A DNA stretch of 64,000 nucleotides from an uncultured delta proteobacterium (GTDB taxonomy: Bacteria; Myxococcota_A; Polyangia; Fen-1088). The number at the start of each line of letters is the position of its first letter. The first letter of the stretch is position 1. The DNA is taken from positions 1,408,001-1,472,000 of the forward strand of contig CAVYGB010000010.1 in assembly GCA_963767925.1 (NCBI GenBank), read 5' to 3'. The notes under the pieces are model-generated. The model was not told the origin of the DNA, made no database searches, and was given only the letters and a program-made list of their open reading frames with translations. Positions 47,615-56,718 of the stretch are shown here, piece by piece. The position numbers were made by a program, and so were the translations under genes.

Positions 47615-48412
47615 TCAGAGGGTGCGGGAGAGGTCGGGAGGTACGTCGGCGTCGGGGGGGGATTCTTTGCGGATGAGGATCGAGCCGGTGACGATCTCGC
47701 GGCCGTCGGGCGGGAGCAGGACGGGGTCGGCGCGTTCGGCGCCGGGGCGGGCGCGGGCGACGGCCTCGCGCAGGCGGGGTAGCTCGATGGCGGGATCGGG
47801 CAGGTCGTGAAACAGGACGACGATCTGCTCGGAGCCGAGCGCGCCGTCGAGCACCAGCGACGACGGCGAGATCCCGCTCGAGGGCGACCAGTCGAAGAGC
47901 GGCTCGGCGCGGCCGAGGTCGTCCACCGAGAACACGTGGGCCCCCCGGAAGCGGCCAGCGTCGAGGTGGAGCTGGACGGCGTCGCCGCGGCGGAGCCGTT
48001 CGCCGCTGACGCCGGGACGCGGCCCCGGGCTGCCCGGGCGAAAGACCGAGAAGCCGACCGAGGGAGCGCGCGGCGCGGCCACGCTGGGTCCCGGACCGCG
48101 GACCCGCTGCCAGCCGCTGCCCGCGATGAACAGGGCGAGCCCGAACACCGAGATGGCCGGCAGGCTCCAGGCGAGGCGGCGCCGGCGGCGGCCGCGATCG
48201 AAGCGGGACAGCAGCTCGCGCGCGCGGCGCGGGGGTGGGTGGCGGGTCAGGAACGCCTCCTGCGCCTGGCGGGCCAGGGCGACCCGCTCGGTGCACAGGT
48301 CGCAGCCCTGCTGCTGGCGCCCGACCGCCGCCGCCACCTCGGCGGGCAACACGCCGGCCAGGAGGCGATCGATGAGGTAAGGCGGGACGTGCCGGTGGGC
48401 TAAGCTTGCCAC
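47615..48412 (-). CDS. Anti-sigma factor (degenerate zf-HC, TM helix, DUF4384-like domain)
   Basis: H...L......L........QQQGCDLC, TM segment, LRRGDAVQL, SLVLDG..G.E; overlaps the sigma gene stop. Confidence 0.7.
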   Translation of the reverse strand: MASLAHRHVPPYLIDRLLAGVLPAEVAAAVGRQQQGCDLCTERVALARQAQEAFLTRHPPPRRARELLSRFDRGRRRRRLAWSLPAISVFGLALFIAGSGWQRVRGPGPSVAAPRAPSVGFSVFRPGSPGPRPGVSGERLRRGDAVQLHLDAGRFRGAHVFSVDDLGRAEPLFDWSPSSGISPSSLVLDGALGSEQIVVLFHDLPDPAIELPRLREAVARARPGAERADPVLLPPDGREIVTGSILIRKESPPDADVPPDLSRTL

Positions 48413-48879
48413 GTCTTCACCAGCCGCTGCGCTTCTTCGGCGAAGCGGCCCATCCGCTCGTCGACCGCCTCGCGTTTCAACCCCAGGGCCATCGCCGCTT
48501 CCTCCTGGGTCAGCTCCTCCAGGCGCACGAGCACGACCACCTCCTGCGTCTCGCGATCGAGCTCGGCCAGCACCCGGCGCAGGATCTCCGGCTCGGCGAG
48601 CAGCGCCTCGATGTCGTCCTGGTCCCGCACGGCGTCCTCGACCTCCGCCCGCCACACGACGTCCTCGCGCGCCCGCTGGCGCAGGCGTTCGATGGCCAGG
48701 CTGGTCGAGGTGGAGAACATCCAGGGCGCGATCTTCTTGCCCTTCGGCCCGTCCTCGAGGAACCGCGTGAACAGCGCGTGCACGAGGTCGTCGCCGTCGA
48801 GACCGACGATACGCTGGATCCGCGCATGCGCGACCGCGGCGAAACTGCGATAAAGCTCTTCGAGGGCGTGAGGTTGCAG
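48400..48879 (-). CDS. ECF RNA polymerase sigma factor (probable CTG start)
   Basis: The frame is open upstream of GTG 48783: LQPHALEELYRSFAAVAHARIQRIVGLDGDDLVHALFTRF (region 2), then WMF, LAIERLR and region 4 LTQEEAAMALG. Confidence 0.78.
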   Translation of the reverse strand: MQPHALEELYRSFAAVAHARIQRIVGLDGDDLVHALFTRFLEDGPKGKKIAPWMFSTSTSLAIERLRQRAREDVVWRAEVEDAVRDQDDIEALLAEPEILRRVLAELDRETQEVVVLVRLEELTQEEAAMALGLKREAVDERMGRFAEEAQRLVKTWQA

Positions 48880-49120
48880 GGGTCCCCTCTGGTACAGCGA
48901 CTCGAGTGTACCCTTCTACGCGTCCGCCGTGGATCCGGCCCGACCCTCAGAACCTGGCCCCGACGCAGCTTTGACCCCTGACTGCCCCAGTCCCTGGCTC
49001 CAATCGCGCAGGACGTAGACCCGATCCGTTCAACCCCCCTGCGGTTTCCCACCAACGCGCCAAGCCCCCACACCCCCCCCCGGGTCGTACCGGCGCCTCC
49101 GACGGTCCCGTACCACCCGA

Positions 49121-49203
49121 CGGACGACCTGCCGGCGGACGACCTGCCGGCGGAGGACCTGCCGGCGGAGGACCTGCCGGCGGAGGACCTCCTGGCGGTT
49201 GAC
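49121..49203. repeat. 15-bp tandem repeat (cggaSgacctgccgg), about 5.5 copies
   Basis: Seen directly. Confidence 0.85.
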
Positions 49204-49255
49204 ATCTGTCGTAGTCGGCCAGATTGCGCGCTCTGGCAGCTAACGCTTGATCGAG

Positions 49256-50080
49256 TCAGCGCCAGCAGCGCTCGGGCCGGGCGAGCAGGGAACGGATGAA
49301 GGCCACCAGGTCGCGGGCCTCTTCCGGGCCGAGGGCACTGTCGAAAGCGGGCATGGGTGTTCCGTCGAGCCCGGAAAGCAGGGTCTTTTGCAGCGCCTCC
49401 GGGGAACATCCCGCCCGGTAGATCTCGGCGCGACGGAGGTTCGGCATCGCGACGGCACGGCGCAGGCCATCGGTCAGGGCTGCCGCGGCGGCTCCTCCCC
49501 CGCGCCCGTCCGGACCATGGCACTCCGCGCAGCGAAGCTCCTCGTACACGGCGCGCCCCCGGCCGGCGGCGCCCCCCCGCGCGGGGAGCGCGGCGAGCAC
49601 CGATTGGGGCCGCTCGCGCTGGAAGCGCGGCGAGAAGGTCTTCACGGTCTGCACGAGCTGCCAGCGGTCGTGCTCCGGAAGGTCGCCCCAACCTGGCATG
49701 GCGCCCCCCAGGCCGAACGTCACCGTTTCGAACAGATCCTCGTCGGTCGGCGGGCTCCCGCTCGGCGTCGAGCGGACCTTGAACACACCCAGGGTCAGGT
49801 CGCGCGGCTGGATTGTGAGGCTGCTGGCGACGGGGCCGTTGCCTCGACCGCTGCGTCCGTGACAGGCCCGGCAATGGCGGTCGTACAGGGCACGCCCGCG
49901 CCCTGGATCATGCGGGGGGAGCGGCCTCACCCTGGCAACGGGGACCCACCGCGAGGAATCGGCGGCCGTGTGCGAGGCACCGGCGGCCTCCGGAGCCTTG
50001 GTCGCGGTCGTGGTGGCCGCGTCGTTCACGGGCGCGGCTGGTTCGAGGAGCAAGGCGGCCGCGAGCGCCAGCCAGGTCAT
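49256..50080 (-). CDS. Diheme cytochrome c
   Basis: Signal peptide; CRACH and CAECH; PRDLT, distal AMPGW and PMPAF Met ligands. Confidence 0.88.
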   Translation of the reverse strand: MTWLALAAALLLEPAAPVNDAATTTATKAPEAAGASHTAADSSRWVPVARVRPLPPHDPGRGRALYDRHCRACHGRSGRGNGPVASSLTIQPRDLTLGVFKVRSTPSGSPPTDEDLFETVTFGLGGAMPGWGDLPEHDRWQLVQTVKTFSPRFQRERPQSVLAALPARGGAAGRGRAVYEELRCAECHGPDGRGGGAAAAALTDGLRRAVAMPNLRRAEIYRAGCSPEALQKTLLSGLDGTPMPAFDSALGPEEARDLVAFIRSLLARPERCWR

Positions 50081-50721
50081 CAGTGATGATGCCCCGAGCC
50101 GGCCGCCTGGAGCGGGGGCAACGGCCCGCTGCTGGCCTCCCGAAGGTTTCCGACCCGCCCGTCGAGCACGACGTAGGACAGCGGAGATCCGCCCCCCTCG
50201 GCGGGCACGATCAGCCTCAGCTCCCCGCCGATGGCGTATTGCACCTCGATGTCGGTCATGAGAACCGCGAGCCGACCCGAACCGGTCGCGTCCACGTTGA
50301 TCACGCCCAGCAGCGCCGGCCGGGGCTGGCTGATCGGTGGCGGTGGGGGCAGGTCGGGATCGACCGGGCCCTGCGGTCGCCCGACACTGGCGTAGTCCGT
50401 TCGCGGCTGCACGGGATGGTGGTCCAGCAGCAACCACATTTGATAGACGCGAGGGCCGCCTGGCGCCTGTCGAGGCGGCGGTGCCGCGCTCAGCGTGCAG
50501 GTCGCGGTCCCCGCAGGAACGTCCAGATCGCACCGGCCGCTGGCCACGTTGAGAAGGTGCGGATCGGCACCCAGATCCTCGGCCGGGGGAACGACCCTCT
50601 CGGTCGAGGGCGGCGGGTTTGCCAGCAGGAACGCGATCGACTGCAGACCATCGGACGGCCCCCCACATCCGAGCAGCGTCGCGAACACCGGCAGCAAGGA
50701 CCAGCGCATGACCGTCCTCAA
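50080..50721 (-). CDS. Hypothetical lipoprotein with a His-rich C-terminus
   Basis: Lipobox LLGC; YQMWL; ends GSGHHH; coupled on both sides. Confidence 0.65.
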   Translation of the reverse strand: MRTVMRWSLLPVFATLLGCGGPSDGLQSIAFLLANPPPSTERVVPPAEDLGADPHLLNVASGRCDLDVPAGTATCTLSAAPPPRQAPGGPRVYQMWLLLDHHPVQPRTDYASVGRPQGPVDPDLPPPPPISQPRPALLGVINVDATGSGRLAVLMTDIEVQYAIGGELRLIVPAEGGGSPLSYVVLDGRVGNLREASSGPLPPLQAAGSGHHH

Positions 50722-51905
50722 AGCGCCAGATCGAGGCGCAAGCTGATCACGCTGCGGTCGATGGCATGCAGCGGCGCCTGCGATTCGAAGGACAACCTGA
50801 AGTTCGTCAACAAGAGATAGCTCAGTTGCACGGTCAGCACCTCCTGATCGAGCGTGGCGTTCGGGGACAGATCGACCCGATCGTAGCGCATCAGGCCGAG
50901 CCAGCGGGAGGCCAGGCCGACCTGGAGCTCCGCGCGGGTGGCAAGGTAACTGGCGGGAGCGCCGCTGCCATCGGGGTTATCGTGGCTGGCGTAGGCGACC
51001 TGGGCAAACAGGTTCACGCCGTGCGCGGTCATCTCGGCGGCACCCCCCAGGTTCCAGAAGCGATCCGAAAAGCGCAGGGCGACGCCATTGGATTGGTCCA
51101 GGAGCTGGGTCCGCCCGAGGTAACCGAACGCGGCGACGCGCTGACCGACCACGGGCGAAAGCTCGAGCTGCGCGAACAGGTCCTTGTTGTCGTCGAGATC
51201 CCTCAGGCCATCCTGGTCGAGCGCGCCATCGACCAGGGCCAGCAGGTAAAACAACCGCCTCTTCCAGGCGCGGCCGAAGACCTCGATGCCTTGCTGGGTG
51301 GAATCGAGCGCGGTGGGGTTGAGTCCGACTCGCAGGGTTCCGGTGGGATTTCCCAGGCGGGTGAGATCCCGATGCTCGGGCCGGAGGAAATCGAGCAGGA
51401 GGAATCGTCCCAGGCGGACATTGAGCCGGCCCTCCCCGAGGAGCAGGTCGTGAAATCCTACCGAGGCATGGTGCAGCGCCGCCGGAAACAAGGTGGTGGC
51501 GAAGAAGATCGAAACGCCGGGATAGGGCGAGCCGCCTCCCACCAGGAACAGGCTCTCCAGCCAGCGACTGTCGAGGGCGCGCTCACCCGGCTGCGGGTTG
51601 CCAGGAACCAGGAGCGCGCTCTGCATCCGCAGCGACAGGGGCGCCTCAGGAAAGATCTCCAGTCGTTCCCCGGCACTCGGGGCGATGGTGTCACGCTCGC
51701 GGTAAGGCGCCTCGGCGGCGCGGGGGAACCGGTACCCCGCCTCCTTGAAGTCCCGGCCGAAGACGTTCAGCTGGGGAAAGGCCGGGGTGTGGCACGCGCC
51801 GCAGGGGGTCTCGTACTTGCGGGCAAAGGCGGGAATGGCCCCGGCCACGCCCGCCGGCAGGAGGAGCGCGAAGAAGACGCTCAGGCCTGCGAGCGTCCGG
51901 TTCAA
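50718..51905 (-). CDS. Cyc2-like fused monoheme cytochrome-porin
   Basis: Signal peptide, then AIPAFARKYETPCGACHTPAFPQLNVFGRDFKEAGY, followed by a beta-barrel (DNKD motif, amphipathic C-terminal strand). Confidence 0.8.
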   Translation of the reverse strand: MNRTLAGLSVFFALLLPAGVAGAIPAFARKYETPCGACHTPAFPQLNVFGRDFKEAGYRFPRAAEAPYRERDTIAPSAGERLEIFPEAPLSLRMQSALLVPGNPQPGERALDSRWLESLFLVGGGSPYPGVSIFFATTLFPAALHHASVGFHDLLLGEGRLNVRLGRFLLLDFLRPEHRDLTRLGNPTGTLRVGLNPTALDSTQQGIEVFGRAWKRRLFYLLALVDGALDQDGLRDLDDNKDLFAQLELSPVVGQRVAAFGYLGRTQLLDQSNGVALRFSDRFWNLGGAAEMTAHGVNLFAQVAYASHDNPDGSGAPASYLATRAELQVGLASRWLGLMRYDRVDLSPNATLDQEVLTVQLSYLLLTNFRLSFESQAPLHAIDRSVISLRLDLAL

Positions 51906-53065
51906 TGGAGCAACCCCAGGCCGAGCTGGAACATGTGGGCGACGACCCGGATGTCGGCCTCTCGATAGTCCAGCAGCGAGAGGTCGTACCCGAAGTGCAG
52001 GCCAATCGATTCGATACCGGCCCGGCCTACCGACACCCCCCAGCGCAGCTCCGCACCCAGCGTGTGGTCCTGGATCTCGCCGAGGCGCAGGTCCCCGCTC
52101 ATGATCGAAGCGATCCGGGAATAACGTGGCTGGTAAAACGAAGCACGGCTCTGCCGGTAGTAGCGGTACCGCGGCGACAACACGAGCGTCGGACTCAGCT
52201 CCATCGCCAGCACTGCCTCCGGAATCAGGGCCGCGACATCCCAGCTGTCGAAATAGACGCCCTGGCGGAGATGCAGCGCCAGCCCTCTCTCGATCTCCCA
52301 GGATCCGGCCACGAACGCGGTGAAGCGGTTGCGCTGGCGAGGCACGACCTCGGGGTAGAGGGTCGTTCCGACGATGGCCCGCCGGTAGGGGCTGGCCAGC
52401 TGGCCCCTCTGCAACGTGACGCCGCCCCCCCCGGCGACCAGCAGGGTCGGCGTGAGGATCTGGGAGGCCGTCCCCGTGAAGGTCCAGCGCTGGTGGGTGG
52501 CGGGCCAGTCACCCGCTTGCCCCGGTGGCACCTCGACCGGCTTCACTCGATCGCGGCCATGACCCACGAAACCGGTGAGCACGAGGTTCCGATCGAGCAG
52601 CTCCAGCGAACCGTGGGCCCCGCCCGAGATCGAGGCATAGTCCTTCTCGGTGCTCATGCGGAGCATTCCTCCCACCGTCGACGCCGACCCGCCCAGCCGT
52701 CCGTCGTAGCGGAAGGCGGCCATCCCTTCGTACCGCGATTTGTGGGCGACCGATCCGCCACCCACGGTCGCCGATGCGCTCGTCACCGCGTCCGCGGTGG
52801 GTCGGCCGGCGCTCTGGGTCGCGGGATCGAATGCCTCCCGCCCGTCGATCTCGATCGTGTCGCCGAGGGCCCGCAGCTCGACGGTCGCGCGAGACGTGAT
52901 CGGCTGGGTCACGCGGGCCCCGTAGGTGGCCACCAGCAGGCCGGTGTTATCCCGGTAGTAGTCCCCGCGGAGCTCCGCCGCGGCCGGCGGGCGCACTTCG
53001 CGGTGGCCACAGGCCGCCAGGCTGGCGAGAAGGAGACCGGCGAGACCAGACCGACGGGGCGTCAA
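51902..53065 (-). CDS. DUF3570 family outer-membrane protein
   Basis: Lipobox LAAC, DAVTSAS, STEKDY.S, G.LASPYR, E.VP.QR.R, YFDSW, RYYRQ..A.FY. Confidence 0.82.
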   Translation of the reverse strand: MTPRRSGLAGLLLASLAACGHREVRPPAAAELRGDYYRDNTGLLVATYGARVTQPITSRATVELRALGDTIEIDGREAFDPATQSAGRPTADAVTSASATVGGGSVAHKSRYEGMAAFRYDGRLGGSASTVGGMLRMSTEKDYASISGGAHGSLELLDRNLVLTGFVGHGRDRVKPVEVPPGQAGDWPATHQRWTFTGTASQILTPTLLVAGGGGVTLQRGQLASPYRRAIVGTTLYPEVVPRQRNRFTAFVAGSWEIERGLALHLRQGVYFDSWDVAALIPEAVLAMELSPTLVLSPRYRYYRQSRASFYQPRYSRIASIMSGDLRLGEIQDHTLGAELRWGVSVGRAGIESIGLHFGYDLSLLDYREADIRVVAHMFQLGLGLLH

Positions 53066-53347
53066 CTATTGCGTGCACCCGCAGCCGCCGCCGGGGGCGC
53101 TGCCGGGTAACCCACCACCCGTCTTGCTCTCGAGCACCTTGGCCTGGTAGGCCGGCGTCCACCCGACATCGGCGAAGGGCGACTGCATCGCGCGGGAAGC
53201 CAGCCTTTCCCGCTGCCAAGGCCTGACCCGGGCGCAGGCGCTGGTGGACAGCACCAGCGCCGCTGCTGCGGCGAGGGCGATCGTCATCAGCCGTCTTCTA
53301 ACCGACCGGGCTCCGTCGGGAAACCCGAAACCAGCTTGCTTCATCAT
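53066..53347 (-). CDS. DUF4266 family small lipoprotein
   Basis: SAC.RVRPWQRERLA...M...GGGCGC. Confidence 0.85.
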   Translation of the reverse strand: MMKQAGFGFPDGARSVRRRLMTIALAAAAALVLSTSACARVRPWQRERLASRAMQSPFADVGWTPAYQAKVLESKTGGGLPGSAPGGGCGCTQ

Positions 53348-53415
53348 CGTGCGCGAGCGTCCCTTGGAGTCTGTTGTTGCCGTGCCGGGCTCCCTCGCGT
53401 TGAGCCCGGGCCCGC

Positions 53416-54834
53416 TCAGTGAGGCCCCGTCTGGTCGCTGGGCCCCTCCGCGCTACCCCAGGTCGCGAGGCTGGTGGGCTTGCCCTTGGTGGTGAGCGTC
53501 TTGACCTTGTTGGTCGAGATCTCGAGCTCGGAGACCGTCGAGTCGCTGCCGTTGGCCACGTACAGGTAACGACCATCCCCCGTGATCGCCATGGCTCGAT
53601 GGCCCGAGTGTCTGCCGATGGCGATCGACGGTCGCTGCACCGGATTGGCAGGGTCGGAGACGTCGATGACCTGGAGCTGATTCGAGTAGCGCTGGTCGAG
53701 GCTACCAGCCGGGGGCGTGCCCTGACTGGCCACGTAGATCGTCTTTCCGTCCGCGGAGATCTTCATCTGCTCCGGCGCGACCGTCGCGGCCTCGGTTCCC
53801 ACGAGCTTCTCGCGGCAGCTCGCATCCATGTAGAGGAGCGGCAACTGCTTGACCACGCTGTCCTGCATCCCGTCGATGACGACGAGCTGACCGATCTGGC
53901 AATCGACCCCCGGCCTGGCCACATCCCCCTCTCGCGGACGATTCTGGAGCGAGTAGACGTAACGACCATCTTTGCCCGCCTTCGCGTATCCGCTGCCCGA
54001 GCCATTTGTGTCGAGCAACTTCAAGGTGGGAGGATCCTCGTCCTGGGCGACCGAGAGGATCTTTCCCCATCCGGTCAGGTTGTGATAACCGCGCTTGCCG
54101 GCGCGCGCGAACGCTCCGCCGTGGGGCACGGCCCCCTTGCTCGCGCAGCCCGCGCCCAGGCTGGGGTCCATCTCGGACGCGGAGAAGCTCTTGACCACCG
54201 TGGGGTTCGCGACATTGCTGTAATCGATGACGGCGACCGCCGAGTTGCAGTCGGCGATGTTGCTCACGGACACCCGGGCCCGCTCGACGCTGAAGGCGTT
54301 CTTGTGGTGTCCCATGCCCGGCAAGGTGACCTCCCCGACGGGCCGGAGATACGTCGAGCTGCCGGGCGTGAGGTCGAGGAAGCGCAGCGTGTTGGTCGCC
54401 AGCATCGGGACCGTACCGTCGTTGTTGGTGACCCAGTAGGTCTTTCCGGCCACGGCCGGTGTCACATAGCTGTGCACGGGCGTCGTGCCCCCGGTCGCGG
54501 AGGACGCTACCCGGGACTTCGCCTGCATCGTGGCCCCGTCGAAAACCACGATCTCGTTGCTGGTCGTCAGGTTGACGATCACCGTCCCATCGGCCAGGGC
54601 CTGCATCTCCGTCGCCCCTTTGACGTTGGTCAGCGACCCGGGTCGTTCCTGGCCGGTCGCGATGTCATAGGAGTTGAGGGTCCCCTCGGCGTACGCGACG
54701 AACAGGGTGTGGGCCCCGGCGGCCGGGCGGGGATCGGGCCCATCCGGCGCTGGATCACCGCCGCAGCCGGCGGCCGCCAGGATGCCGGCCGCGAGCACAA
54801 GCCACCTCATGCCTCGACTCATCAACTTGGCCAT
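53416..54834 (-). CDS. YncE/YVTN-type beta-propeller lipoprotein, His-rich
   Basis: Lipobox AAGC; SADGKTIYVA, GDGRYLYVAN repeats; several His at blade loops; AGGAG RBS. Confidence 0.78.
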   Translation of the reverse strand: MAKLMSRGMRWLVLAAGILAAAGCGGDPAPDGPDPRPAAGAHTLFVAYAEGTLNSYDIATGQERPGSLTNVKGATEMQALADGTVIVNLTTSNEIVVFDGATMQAKSRVASSATGGTTPVHSYVTPAVAGKTYWVTNNDGTVPMLATNTLRFLDLTPGSSTYLRPVGEVTLPGMGHHKNAFSVERARVSVSNIADCNSAVAVIDYSNVANPTVVKSFSASEMDPSLGAGCASKGAVPHGGAFARAGKRGYHNLTGWGKILSVAQDEDPPTLKLLDTNGSGSGYAKAGKDGRYVYSLQNRPREGDVARPGVDCQIGQLVVIDGMQDSVVKQLPLLYMDASCREKLVGTEAATVAPEQMKISADGKTIYVASQGTPPAGSLDQRYSNQLQVIDVSDPANPVQRPSIAIGRHSGHRAMAITGDGRYLYVANGSDSTVSELEISTNKVKTLTTKGKPTSLATWGSAEGPSDQTGPH

Positions 54835-54856
54835 CTTGCTCCTGTCTCGACGGTAT

Positions 54857-55420
54857 CTACCGTGGTGCCCGACGCCGCCGTCGGGCCATCAGCGCGGCGG
54901 CGACGGCGATGGACAGCCAGGAAATCCCCGACCGCCCCCCCACCGTGGTGCAGTCACATCCGGCCTCCGGTGGCGCTCCGGGCTGGCGGCCGTCGCCCGG
55001 GGGAGCCGTGGTCCCATCCACGGTGGCCGCCCCCGCATCGGCGCAGCCGGGCATCGGTTCGTGAACACATCCCTTGGTGACCTCGCAGCGGTCGACGGTG
55101 CAGCCGTTGCCGTCATCGCAGGTGCCCCCGTCTCCCGCGCAGGTCACGCAGGACGTCGAGGCCACCGCCGCGGCAAAGGTGCCGTCGGGGCACGCCTTGC
55201 ACATGGTGCTCCTGGTCGTGTCGGCGTATTGACCGGGGACGCAGGGATGACAGATCTCCCCGTCGCTCCAGAACCCGATGGGGGCGTCCACGCAGTCGTC
55301 GACAGCGTCGTGACAGGTGCCCGGAACCGTGCAATGGGCCCGGGCATCGCCGACGCTCAATCCAGCCACGGCGGCGACGAGCGCCACCGTGACGGGAGAC
55401 CTTGTTCGCTTCGATCTCAC
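54857..55420 (-). CDS. Cys-rich MYXO-CTERM surface protein
   Basis: Signal peptide, TNFR-like C.PG.Y...C..C..G, CDDGNGCT.D.C, then GCDC + TM + RRRRR. Confidence 0.75.
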   Translation of the reverse strand: MRSKRTRSPVTVALVAAVAGLSVGDARAHCTVPGTCHDAVDDCVDAPIGFWSDGEICHPCVPGQYADTTRSTMCKACPDGTFAAAVASTSCVTCAGDGGTCDDGNGCTVDRCEVTKGCVHEPMPGCADAGAATVDGTTAPPGDGRQPGAPPEAGCDCTTVGGRSGISWLSIAVAAALMARRRRRAPR

Positions 55421-55421
55421 T

Positions 55422-55658
55422 TCAGAGCGTGAGTCCTGGGGGAATGAGGTCGCAGGGCAGCCCCTCGGTGGGGGGGCGCGGCAGCTCGTCCGGCGTGTCG
55501 AGGCACGAGCTTACGGTGGTGGCCTGTGCGGTGTCCACCGCCCCGTCCGGGCTCCCCGCATCCGCTCTGGCGACGCCGCCTTCCACGAGCACCGAAGGTT
55601 CTTCTTCGCCACAGGTGCAGGCGAAACAGACGACCGCCAAGAGTAATAACCGACGCAT
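55422..55658 (-). CDS. Small Cys-containing lipoprotein
   Basis: MRRLLLLAVVCFAC...CLDTPDELPRPP..LPCDLIPP; GAGGAG RBS. Confidence 0.6.
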   Translation of the reverse strand: MRRLLLLAVVCFACTCGEEEPSVLVEGGVARADAGSPDGAVDTAQATTVSSCLDTPDELPRPPTEGLPCDLIPPGLTL

Positions 55659-55681
55659 CGTGATCTCCTCGAGCTCGAGGG

Positions 55682-56428
55682 CTAGAACCTGACCCAGACT
55701 TCGTCCCCGGCCGCCAGGCTGGTGAGCGCCGTGACCCCCGACGTGGTGCCGACCCGGGCCGCGATGTTGGCGTTCGGGCTGTAGGCCGCAGTTCCCTTCC
55801 ACACGATGAGCGCGTTGACGAAATAGACGGGAAGGTCGGCGGCGGCGATGCTCACGCCCGCCGGGAGGGTGTACTTGTTCCAGCCCGGCACGCGCGGAGG
55901 CACGATCCTCAACGCCGCGGCAGGCTCCCGCTCGGCCCCACCGTCCGGCACCGGCGCATCGGTCGGAACCCCCACCCAGTCCACGACCTCCTCGGCACCA
56001 GCCATGTCGCGACAGGTCTGATGGATGGGGAAGTAGAGCGTCGAGAAGGGCTTGTTCGGGAGCTTCATCCGCGCCACCAGCTTGTAATAGGCGGTGTCGG
56101 CGGGCAGGAGGTTGGCCAGAGGCTTCTGCCAGGTCACCTTGGTCACGTTCCCTGCCGCGTCCTTCTCGACGGCGGCGGGCCCGAAGTCACTGGTCAACGT
56201 CCGCAGCCCGGTCACGCCAGGCGGAATGTCGATGACCACCCGGTAGGTATCGTGGTCATTGCAGCCGTGACCCACACCGAACGTGACCTCGGTCGTGGCG
56301 TCCGCAAAGCCCACGCCGGAAGCCACGCTGATATGAGCGCGCGCCTCGGATCCGACGAGGACAGCCCCGCCCAGAACCAGCAAAGCTACTAGGTTCGCCC
56401 TGATCTCGCTGTCGATGACTGCTTTCAT
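55682..56428 (-). CDS. YcnI family (DUF1775) copper-binding protein
   Basis: ARA-HISV mature N-terminal His, VGHGC, VTW, LYFP..QTC, W. Confidence 0.82.
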   Translation of the reverse strand: MKAVIDSEIRANLVALLVLGGAVLVGSEARAHISVASGVGFADATTEVTFGVGHGCNDHDTYRVVIDIPPGVTGLRTLTSDFGPAAVEKDAAGNVTKVTWQKPLANLLPADTAYYKLVARMKLPNKPFSTLYFPIHQTCRDMAGAEEVVDWVGVPTDAPVPDGGAEREPAAALRIVPPRVPGWNKYTLPAGVSIAAADLPVYFVNALIVWKGTAAYSPNANIAARVGTTSGVTALTSLAAGDEVWVRF

Positions 56429-56530
56429 GAGCGCGGACGATAGCGCGGACTCGCCCTCAGCCACATGCGGCAAGTTGTCGCGCAGGCCGCCCGGCCGTGG
56501 GCGCCGCGGCGCCATGCAACGCGCCGGGGA

Positions 56531-56718
56531 GCGGGACCCTCCGAGGGTCCCGACTAGATCGCCTGCGGAGCCGCCGAGCTTGCTCGGCGCGTAGCTTCGC
56601 GGGGGGGGGGGGGCGGGACCCTCCGAGGGTCCCGACTAGAATCGCCTGCGGAGCCGCCGAGCTTGCTCGGCGCGTAGCTTCGCGGGGGGGGCGGGACCCT
56701 CCGAGGGTCCCGACTAGA
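56531..56718. repeat. Tandem REP-like composite repeat (82- and 78-bp units, about 2.3 copies) with two palindromes and a poly-G tract
   Basis: gggaccctccgagggtccc x3, gccgagcttgctcggc x2, G13 versus G8 tracts. Confidence 0.85.

Noticed and set aside
50718..51905. Proof of iron-oxidising metabolism
   Set aside because: Cyc2-like motifs also occur in organisms not known to oxidise iron; function cannot be assigned from the motif, so no gene symbol is given.
56531..56718. CRISPR array
   Set aside because: The sequences between the palindromes are near-identical rather than unique spacers, there are only three copies, and no cas genes are present.
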